Shown here: positions 32,286-40,404 of the stretch, in pieces
Layout: every line of letters begins with the position of its first letter
How positions within the stretch are numbered: the first letter of the stretch is position 1
Assembly: GCA_003241645.1 (NCBI GenBank)
Contig: QFOX01000009.1
Coordinates: 2,534 to 66,533, forward strand
From: Azospirillum brasilense
GTDB lineage: Bacteria > Pseudomonadota > Alphaproteobacteria > Rickettsiales > UBA3002
DNA length: 64,000 nucleotides
Direction of reading: 5' to 3'
Position numbers and translations under genes: made by a program
The notes under the pieces: generated by a model
Database searches by the model: none
Told to the model about the DNA's origin: nothing
The model's input: the letters and a program-made list of their open reading frames with translations, nothing else

Positions 32286-33214
32286 TTGCTCAGGCTGGTC
32301 TGAAGCTCGTCCCACTCGCGTTTGGTGAGGCCGGATGTTTCCTGCGTCACCTTCTCGCCGGCGATCATGCGCTTGACCACGCCCATGCCGCTGCGCGACA
32401 GGCGCGTGCCATGCAAGCGGTGTTCTTCGAACGCTTCGTGCGCGAACGGCACCCATTTCTTCACCACGTCGATCATCGCGTCGGCATAGGCGCGGATCTC
32501 GTATTGCGCGTGGCTGTCGGCGCGCAGCATCAGGAAATGCATGAGGTTGTGCAGGTCGATCTTCCAGTACCACTGGGTGTAGTAGTTCATGGTCAGGTTC
32601 ATGCGCGCCAGCTCACGCGCGATGCCGGAGCGCTCCACGTCAATGACGTTGCCATCGTTGGTGGCGTTCATCAGCTCTTCGTAATGGCCATAGACGCGTT
32701 CGGAATCGCCTTTGAGAATTTCCAGCACGCGGGCGGATTCTTCCGGCGAGAGCGCGGTGCCCTCAGCGCGGCCCTGATGGTTCTTCTTGCTTTGCGGCGA
32801 CAGCATCTCGGGCGTGGGAATGTAGAATTCCTTGTCCATGATCGAGTAGCGCGCGCTGTATTCGTTCACGTTCGCGGTGCGGTGGCGGATCCACTGGCGG
32901 GCCACGAAAATGGGCAGCTTCACGTGGAATTTGATCTCGCACATTTCGAACGGGGTGCTGTGCCAGTGGCGCATCAGGTAGTTGATGAGGCCCTTGTCCT
33001 GGCTCACCTGCTTGGTGCCGCGGCCATACGAAACGCGGGCCGCCTGCACGATGGCGGCATCGTCGCCCATGTAGTCCACCACGCGGATGAAGCCATGGTC
33101 CAGCACCGGAATGGGATCATACAGGATTTCTTCAAGCGCAGGGCTGGTGGCGCGTTTCGTGCTGAACAATTCGTCCTGCAGGGGTTTTTCATCCATTTTT
33201 TCCACCGCGCCCAT
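32282..33214 (-). CDS. thyX: FAD-dependent thymidylate synthase ThyX
   Basis: The ThyX signature [14 protein letters not shown] (RHRxxSxxxxSxRY-type motif). The stop codon overlaps the mrp stop. Confidence 0.92.
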   Translation of the reverse strand: MGAVEKMDEKPLQDELFSTKRATSPALEEILYDPIPVLDHGFIRVVDYMGDDAAIVQAARVSYGRGTKQVSQDKGLINYLMRHWHSTPFEMCEIKFHVKLPIFVARQWIRHRTANVNEYSARYSIMDKEFYIPTPEMLSPQSKKNHQGRAEGTALSPEESARVLEILKGDSERVYGHYEELMNATNDGNVIDVERSGIARELARMNLTMNYYTQWYWKIDLHNLMHFLMLRADSHAQYEIRAYADAMIDVVKKWVPFAHEAFEEHRLHGTRLSRSGMGVVKRMIAGEKVTQETSGLTKREWDELQTSLSN

Positions 33215-33315
33215 CCTTAAGCTCCATCGTTTTTTGGCATGCTAGCGCTCGGCACATAGAATGCAATGCACATCCTACGTTCTATTCACAATCCTGTAGC
33301 CATCATGGCTAGTGG

Positions 33316-33403
33316 GCGAGGTCAGCAGACCGCGCGAGCCATCAGCCCGCGAATGCGGCGCGCAGGCATCGCACAGTATGTGCGATCTGCCGGAGCATTA
33401 TAA
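33316..33403 (+). repeat. Three-hairpin structured repeat, copy A
   Basis: gcgagGGTCagcaGACCgcgcgagccatcagccCGCgaatGCGgcgcgcaGGCAtcgcacagtatgtgcgatcTGCCggagcattataa. It aligns along its length with 52695..52784 and partly with 36358..36399. Confidence 0.7.
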
Positions 33404-33432
33404 AAAGAAAACACCCGCCACGTGGGCGGGTG
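33402..33432 (-). terminator. Rho-independent terminator of the 786-aa ORF
   Basis: Minus-strand cacccgcc-cacgt-ggcgggtg followed by ttttcttttt, ~35 nt after the stop at 33466. Confidence 0.75.
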
Positions 33433-33465
33433 TGGGTAATTAGGTTAGTAGGTTGATTCGCCGCG

Positions 33466-35826
33466 TTATGCGTTGCTGCGCGCGCCGATCTCCTGCCCGT
33501 TGGCACCGAAGCGCAGCGACTGCAGCGAGCCGTCTTCGTTGCGCAGCACGGCACCCTGCATCACGTTGCCGCTGCGGAAGGCGAGCGCAGCGTTGGCCGC
33601 AGCTTCGCGGGCACGCTGGGTCTGCTCCACGGCGGCCACTTGCAGGCCACGGTCGGCCCGGCCAGCGGCACCGTCGGTCGCCGCCACCTGCGTGGCTTGC
33701 GGATGGGCGCGGTCGTAGCGGCGCTCGGCCCACATGCCGCTGAAGATGCTGACGATGCCACCCACAATGGTGCCACCGATGGCACCTGCCGGCACGGTCA
33801 GCGGGGCGAACGGGCCGCCGCACAGGCCGAGGCCCGCACCACCAGCCGCAAACGTGCCAATGGTGGCCAGCTGCACGCCGGCGCGGTTCTGGGTGCGCTC
33901 ATCGTCACGGGCAATGGCCACGCCCAGCTCACCGGTGTGGTAGACCGGCGCAATGAAGGCACCGGCACGCATTACACCGATTTTCAGGGCACTGAGCGAG
34001 GTAGCGGTCAATGCGGTGGTGTTGGCAGCGCTGACACCGCGCACAAGCGTGTTCTCGGCGGTCGCGGTTTCCACGGCGGCGGTCGCCGGCGTTGCAACCA
34101 AGCCCGCCACGCCAAGGAAGCCAAGCGCGCCGCCAATGCCGGCAAGGCCACGGCCAACATACGGAACGCTGCGCAGTTTGCCGAGGCTGCTGGAAAGGCG
34201 GCCCAGCATGCCGGTGCGGCTGGCGGCCTGCGCCACATCGGCGGTCGCATCGACCGTTTCTGCCGCCGCCGCCGCAGCGGCCGGTGCAGCACCGTTGCCA
34301 CGCAGGTTATTGAAGGCTTCGCGCGCGTTGCGCACATCGTTCCCGGCGCTTTCGACCACGCGGCTGGCGACCGGCTCGGTCACGAAACCGAACGCGTTGC
34401 CAATGCCACGGCCCGCCATACGCGGCCAGTTGAACGGGTTTTTCCAGCTGAGCGATTCACCGGCCTGATCGGCCACGGCACCCACGGCACGCACAGTGGC
34501 GTGCGAGCTGCCGCGCAGGTTGCCCACGCGCTCTTCGGGTGCACCGAAGCGATCGGCGCGGGTCTGCGCGTGTTCATAACGCTGCTGCGCGCGTTCCAGT
34601 TCGCTGCGCACGGCTTCGGCGCTTTCCGGGCGGCGGAAGAACGAGCGGCGCTCGCCAGCTTCGGCACGCGCCAGGCGCGCTTCAAGATCATCCACGCGTT
34701 GGGCGGCACTGGAAGCGGCACCTTGCGCACGTTCGGAGGGTTTCACCACATGGCGGCGGGTCAGCGATTCGGTCGCGCCACGGGCGACCTGCACCGTACC
34801 CACGGCACCGAGGCCAGCACCCACGACTTCTTCCGGCGTATCGATGCCGCTCAGGCGCTCGCCCATGCGCTGGGTGAAGCCGTTGCCTGCACGGCGCACT
34901 GCGTCGGCGGCGGTGCCGGTCACGCTTGCATCCGCACCGATGGGGTTGCCGTTCGCATCCGTCTGCGCGCCGGGCGCGTTCGGGGTGGGGTTCTCGCTGC
35001 TGGGGGCCGCGATGTTCATGTTGTTGCCGGCTGCGTCCTGCGCGACACCCCCGCGGCTGAGGAACTCACCAAGGCGTGCACCATTGATGCCGCCAATTTC
35101 CGGCACTTTGGCGAATTCGTCGCGCACGATGCCCATGTCGGTATCGACCAGCGCGCGTTGCAGGTGCTCATCGAAGCTGCGGGCGGGGGCTTGCCCATCG
35201 AAATACTGGCCGACCCACGGCAGCTGGGCCAGCAGCGGGCGCACGAAATCCCATGCGGTGGCGAAGGCCGCGCGGGTGTAGGCCCACACATTGCCAAAAC
35301 TCGAGAACATGCCGCCACGGTTTTCCGACTGCGCCTGCAGCACGCTGCCATAGGCCGCACCGATCTCGCGGGCCTGCGCCTCGCTGAGCTGGCTATTGAA
35401 GCCTTCATTGATCACATCGCTGCCAAAGCCCAGAATGCCTTTGGCGAAATCCACCGGAAGCATCAGCCCGTTGCCGACGGCACCGGCCACGCGCACGGTA
35501 CCGGTCACGGCACCGGCCACACCGCTGGCGGCATCCATGCCCACGCCGAGGCCAAGGGCACGCGCCGCGTCGGCCAGCGGGCCGGTCACGGTGCTGAGTT
35601 GTTCACGGGTGGGGGCGGTGCCCGATACCCAGCTTTTCAGTTGGTCCAGCGCGCCCTGGCGTTGCGCCGGGTCCTGGATCGCGAGAATATCACCGTAGGC
35701 CTTCATGAGCGCCGACACCTGATCCGCGTAGCCTTTGTAGGGTGCGCGCAGCTCATCGTAGCTGTAGCGCAGCGCCAGGCTTTCCTGCGGGGTGGTGGTG
35801 GGTGCGGGGGTCTGTTCGTTACTCAT
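33466..35826 (-). CDS. Hypothetical Ala/Gly-rich protein (786 aa) with C-terminal glycine-zipper-like hydrophobic segments
   Basis: Long ORF with no N-terminal signal peptide. C-terminal segments GLAGIGGALGFLGVAGLVATPA and ATIGTFAAGGAGLGLCGGPFAPLTVPAGAIGGTIVGGIVSIFSGMW look like small-xxx-small membrane hairpins. The middle region is coiled-coil-like (DDLEARLARAEAGERR...ELERAQQRYEHAQ). Confidence 0.6.
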   Translation of the reverse strand: MSNEQTPAPTTTPQESLALRYSYDELRAPYKGYADQVSALMKAYGDILAIQDPAQRQGALDQLKSWVSGTAPTREQLSTVTGPLADAARALGLGVGMDAASGVAGAVTGTVRVAGAVGNGLMLPVDFAKGILGFGSDVINEGFNSQLSEAQAREIGAAYGSVLQAQSENRGGMFSSFGNVWAYTRAAFATAWDFVRPLLAQLPWVGQYFDGQAPARSFDEHLQRALVDTDMGIVRDEFAKVPEIGGINGARLGEFLSRGGVAQDAAGNNMNIAAPSSENPTPNAPGAQTDANGNPIGADASVTGTAADAVRRAGNGFTQRMGERLSGIDTPEEVVGAGLGAVGTVQVARGATESLTRRHVVKPSERAQGAASSAAQRVDDLEARLARAEAGERRSFFRRPESAEAVRSELERAQQRYEHAQTRADRFGAPEERVGNLRGSSHATVRAVGAVADQAGESLSWKNPFNWPRMAGRGIGNAFGFVTEPVASRVVESAGNDVRNAREAFNNLRGNGAAPAAAAAAAETVDATADVAQAASRTGMLGRLSSSLGKLRSVPYVGRGLAGIGGALGFLGVAGLVATPATAAVETATAENTLVRGVSAANTTALTATSLSALKIGVMRAGAFIAPVYHTGELGVAIARDDERTQNRAGVQLATIGTFAAGGAGLGLCGGPFAPLTVPAGAIGGTIVGGIVSIFSGMWAERRYDRAHPQATQVAATDGAAGRADRGLQVAAVEQTQRAREAAANAALAFRSGNVMQGAVLRNEDGSLQSLRFGANGQEIGARSNA

Positions 35827-35935
35827 GTTAGTCTCCTACAAGCTCGACACTATCAAAGGTCTGTGACGGTTTCATGACGGTTTGGCGTCAGGGGCGTGAA
35901 AACACGCCGTATTTCTTTGCGCGCAAGCACGCGCG

Positions 35936-36053
35936 AAAGGGGTTGCGTCCCCTTCGTTCGCTACGCTCACTGACCCATTGGCTCCTTTACAGTCGCCTCT
36001 CTTCGCCAACGCTTCGAGTCCGCTACGCGGCTCGCCCTTCGGGCTACGCACGC
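35936..36053 (-). repeat. Degenerate, inverted REP-like copy adjacent to R2
   Basis: gaaaggggttgcgtccccttcgttcgctacgctcactgaccc...cgcttcgag..gctcgcc..gggctacgcacgc resembles the reverse complement of the R1/R2 core. It forms an inverted pair with 36078..36163. Confidence 0.4.
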
Positions 36054-36077
36054 ACTGCATCAACGTTGGGTGGATAC

Positions 36078-36163
36078 GGCGCGTAGGCGCACGCCGAGCC
36101 ACGAGCGAAGCGACGTGCGGGGGTCAGCGGCAACGCCGCGAAGGGCGGCGGAACGCCCCCTTC
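36078..36163 (+). repeat. REP-like intergenic repeat, copy R2
   Basis: ggcgcgtaggcgcacgccgagccacgagcgaagcg..gggggtcagc...gaagggcggcggaacgcccccttc, immediately upstream of the tmRNA promoter region. Confidence 0.75.
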
Positions 36164-36210
36164 AGGGCCGCAGGGCTAATGCTCCAAGACAAGAAGAAGC
36201 AGGGCAGCAC

Positions 36211-36239
36211 TTGCGTATCGCACGGTAATCGCCTATATT
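36211..36239 (+). promoter_or_regulatory. Putative sigma-70-type promoter of ssrA (TTGCGT-N17-TATATT)
   Basis: Hexamers at 36211-36216 and 36234-36239 with a 17-nt spacer. A start ~36245 would give an acceptor piece of ~80 nt ending at the CCA at 36325. Confidence 0.4.
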
Positions 36240-36357
36240 TGACCTGCTTCTTCGGAAGCTATGGTGATAAACGCGACGTGGAATAGTCGGATTGGACCCG
36301 GGGGCAGTACCCGGCAGGTCCACCAGAATTTGAATGCTTCTCGATAAGCCGGGCAGC

Positions 36358-36399
36358 AAGGTCAGCAGACCTTGCCAGCCATGAGCCCGCGAAGCGGCA
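36358..36399 (+). repeat. Partial copy (C) of the three-hairpin repeat inside the tmRNA intervening segment
   Basis: aagGGTCagcaGACCttgccagccatgagccCGCgaaGCGgc matches hairpins 1 and 2 of copies A and B, then diverges. Confidence 0.6.
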
Positions 36400-36528
36400 T
36401 TCCATGGTGAATCCAGCAGGATGAGCCGGGAATGAACAAAGTTTGGGCCTGAAGTAGGATCGACAACCGCAATAAAGGCTTCGCTTTTGCCCGGGATGAT
36501 TCCGCCGTTATCGGGTTGTTTTTTAAGT

Positions 36529-36597
36529 GCAAACGACAACGTAGCACTCGTTGCAGCTAACGACAACAACGTCGTAGCAGCCCGTCTCGCCGCTTAG
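36529..36597 (+). other. tmRNA tag reading frame: ANDNVALVAANDNNVVAARLAA-stop
   Basis: The resume codon GCA is preceded by the U/A-rich uuuuuaagu. There is no in-frame stop until TAG at 36595. The frame ends in LAA, as expected for ClpXP degrons. Confidence 0.7.
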
Positions 36598-36704
36598 TGT
36601 GGCCTGACGAGTTCTAGCTCGTAAACGCGGCCCGAGGGGAGCCGGGCAACAGAATCCCCTCACTGATATTTCGCAGAACCCATGACACCATCGACTATCC
36701 CGGT

Positions 36705-37202
36705 ATGATCGACTCCGCCATGCGCAACGTGGTGCGCGAGGCGCTCATCCATGTCGATAAATTCGGGCTGCCCGGCGACCATCATTTCTTCATCTCATTC
36801 CAGACGAACTATCCGGGCGTGAGCATCTCGCCGCAGCTGAAAAGCCGCTACCCGGAAGAGATCACCATCGTGGTACAGCACCAGTTCTGGGACCTGAAGA
36901 TCACCGATAAGCTGTTCAGCATCATGCTGAGCTTCAACAATATTCCCGAGAAACTCGTGGTGCCGTTCGACGCGCTGACGGCGTTCGCCGACCCCAGCAT
37001 CAAGTTCGGCCTGCAGTTCCACGGCAAAAAGCCGGCCAAATCGTCGAATGACGGTGAAGAAGCCGTCGCCTGCCCCGTGACCGGCAAGAACGGGCACGAA
37101 AAACCGCCCATGGCCGCCTTCGAAGAAGAAGAGCCGACCGACGAGACCGAAGCCGCGAACGACACGAAAGTGATTTCGCTGGAAAGCTTCCGTAAGCGCT
37201 AG
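36705..37202 (+). CDS. sspB: Alpha-type SspB (ClpXP adaptor for ssrA-tagged proteins)
   Basis: VVREALIHVDKFGLPGDHHFFISFQTNYPGVSISPQLKSRYPEEITIVVQHQFWDLKITDKLFSIMLSFNNIPEKLVVPFDALTAFADPSIKFGLQF matches the alphaproteobacterial SspB family as I remember it. An acidic/flexible tail follows. The true start may be a non-ATG codon upstream. Confidence 0.8.
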   Translation: MIDSAMRNVVREALIHVDKFGLPGDHHFFISFQTNYPGVSISPQLKSRYPEEITIVVQHQFWDLKITDKLFSIMLSFNNIPEKLVVPFDALTAFADPSIKFGLQFHGKKPAKSSNDGEEAVACPVTGKNGHEKPPMAAFEEEEPTDETEAANDTKVISLESFRKR

Positions 37203-37205
37203 CCC

Positions 37206-37637
37206 ATGCAATCCCTGATCGCCCTTGCCCGCACCGCCGCCGAACGCGGCGAAGTGCCCATTGCGGCCGCCATCGTCGCGGGTGATGGCACCGTGCTGGC
37301 GCAGGCACATAACCTTGTGGAAACGCATCAGGACGCGACGCAACATGCCGAATTGATCGTGCTGCGCGAGGCCATGCGCGTACGCGGTTCCAAATACCTT
37401 CAGGACTGCACGCTCATGGTCACGCTGGAGCCCTGCGCCATGTGCGCGCAGGCAGCCTCGCTGGCGAAGGTGAAGAAGATCATTTTCGGCGCGTATGACC
37501 CCAAAGGCGGCGGGGTGGAACATGGCGCGCGGGTGTTCAGCCAGCCCACGTGCCACCATGCGCCGGAAGTGGTGGGCGGCGTGATGGAAGCCGAATGTGG
37601 CCAGCTACTGAGTGATTTTTTTGCGCGCAAGCGCTAG
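37206..37637 (+). CDS. tadA: tRNA-specific adenosine deaminase
   Basis: Zinc-binding CDA motifs HAELIVLREA and LEPCAMCAQA. The size is ~143 aa. Confidence 0.9.
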   Translation: MQSLIALARTAAERGEVPIAAAIVAGDGTVLAQAHNLVETHQDATQHAELIVLREAMRVRGSKYLQDCTLMVTLEPCAMCAQAASLAKVKKIIFGAYDPKGGGVEHGARVFSQPTCHHAPEVVGGVMEAECGQLLSDFFARKR

Positions 37638-37640
37638 CCG

Positions 37641-38111
37641 CTAAATACGGCGGATGCCGCCTTGCTGTTCCTGCTCGGCTACCACGGCGGCCTCCAGCGC
37701 ATTCTGCAGCACGGCCGGATAGAATTCGCAGATATAGTTGCGCGTACGCGGCGCGAGTTCTTTGTGCTCCATCAGCGCGTTGCGCAACACGGGCTCGCTC
37801 TCGCGGAAACGCTCCTGCAGGTCGCTGATGCGCTCGGGCAGTTCCCAGCCGGCATGTTTCTCAAGCCCATAAGCCGCCATGGCACCGGCATGTTCGGTGG
37901 TCAGCAGGCGCCGCGTGGCGGTCGCCATGGCCTGCTCCAGCAGGTCGTGATGCTGGTTCACTTCCTCGCGCACGGTATCGTGCACGTTCTCGTATTCCAG
38001 AATGCCCGAGAGGAACCCCGTGGCCGAGGCATCGGCCTGCGCCACCAGCGTGTTCAGCAACCGCGCCGTGACCGGCAGGTTGCCGCCGCGCTCGCGTTGG
38101 GCAAAACTCAT
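37641..38111 (-). CDS. Hypothetical protein (156 aa)
   Basis: The ORF is translationally coupled (4-nt overlap) to 38108..38623. Helical composition, no recognised motif. Confidence 0.5.
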   Translation of the reverse strand: MSFAQRERGGNLPVTARLLNTLVAQADASATGFLSGILEYENVHDTVREEVNQHHDLLEQAMATATRRLLTTEHAGAMAAYGLEKHAGWELPERISDLQERFRESEPVLRNALMEHKELAPRTRNYICEFYPAVLQNALEAAVVAEQEQQGGIRRI

Positions 38112-38623
38112 CGCCCCTGCCCCTGTGCCTGCGGCGGCAGCGTCGCCCCGAAAAGGGCATGCACCGTCTGCGCGATCACGTGCGGGTAGGCGTCGCGCAG
38201 CACGCTGTGCGCCTGCCGGCGCGAGGCGCTCCAGCTGTCGCCCTGCAAGCCTTCGCGGGCCAGCATGGCACCGAACGTGTCCTGCCCGTCGCGCAGGCGG
38301 CCGATCAGCTCGACCACATCCTGCGCCGGGCGGTTCTCGGGCGGGCGACCAGCCGGGTGGCTGGCGCTGCGGGGTTGCGCACGCGCATGCGCGGCCAAAT
38401 GATCGATGGTCTTGCTGAGCGCCGCATGGGCGCGGGCATGGGTGCGCTCGGTCACATCGGCGCCCTGACTATCCTTCACCTGCGGCAATTGCTGCTGCAG
38501 CACCACATCAAGGTAATCGGCCGCGGCCATGCTGCAGTTGCCGAGCACCTGCTCGTTCACCGGCCCATTCTTCGGCACCGATGGTGGCGCGGGCTGCACG
38601 CGCGACTGAAAGCTTTGGTCCAT
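38108..38623 (-). CDS. Hypothetical protein (171 aa)
   Basis: The ORF is divergent from ettA and overlaps the downstream ORF start. No recognised motif. Confidence 0.5.
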   Translation of the reverse strand: MDQSFQSRVQPAPPSVPKNGPVNEQVLGNCSMAAADYLDVVLQQQLPQVKDSQGADVTERTHARAHAALSKTIDHLAAHARAQPRSASHPAGRPPENRPAQDVVELIGRLRDGQDTFGAMLAREGLQGDSWSASRRQAHSVLRDAYPHVIAQTVHALFGATLPPQAQGQGR

Positions 38624-38706
38624 GGGTTGCTCCTGCCTTGTGTTTTTGCAAACCTACCGTTAGTTATACGACCCATCGATTAAGTTTTCATGAAGGTTGG
38701 CGCGCC

Positions 38707-40362
<1,656 letters not shown>

Positions 40363-40404
40363 TTTCTTCACTGATCCGTAACCCATTGGCGTTACCATAG
40401 GCGC

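Larger units (their letters stand above)
36245..36670 (+). ncRNA. ssrA: Circularly permuted (two-piece) tmRNA gene: acceptor piece, intervening segment, coding piece
   Basis: T-arm plus 3' acceptor strand ggaCCCGGgggcagtaCCCGGcaggtccACCA ends at 36325. The 5' acceptor strand gggcctgaagtaggatcgac at 36445 is complementary to caggtcc and resembles E. coli GGGGCUGAUUCUGGAUUCGAC. The tag template starts GCA AAC GAC AAC at 36529 and ends ...CTC GCC GCT TAG. A terminal hairpin gagggga...tcccctc lies at 36634-36661. The outer ends are approximate. Confidence 0.85.

Noticed and set aside
35886-35915. Hairpin ggcgtg-aaaa-cacgcc followed by gtatttctttg, as a plus-strand terminator
   Set aside because: No plus-strand gene ends upstream of it, because the neighbouring 786-aa gene is on the minus strand and starts at 35826. 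The stem is only 6 bp. It is more likely part of the promoter and repeat-rich spacer.
36355-36375. Resemblance of GGTCAGCAGACC(T)TGCC in the structured repeat to the cobalamin-riboswitch B12 box (AGUCAGGAGACCUGCC-like)
   Set aside because: None of the other conserved cobalamin-riboswitch segments (GGGAA, GGUG..AAUCC, GCCACUG) is present upstream in any of the three copies. Copy B changes the box while preserving a simple hairpin, and none of the downstream genes is B12-related.
36162-36569. 135-aa and 61-aa minus-strand ORFs, and the 102-aa plus-strand ORF (35978..36286), across the ssrA region
   Set aside because: The region is explained by the permuted tmRNA gene (T-arm/CCA, acceptor 5' strand, tag frame) and by REP elements. 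The ORF translations have no coding character.
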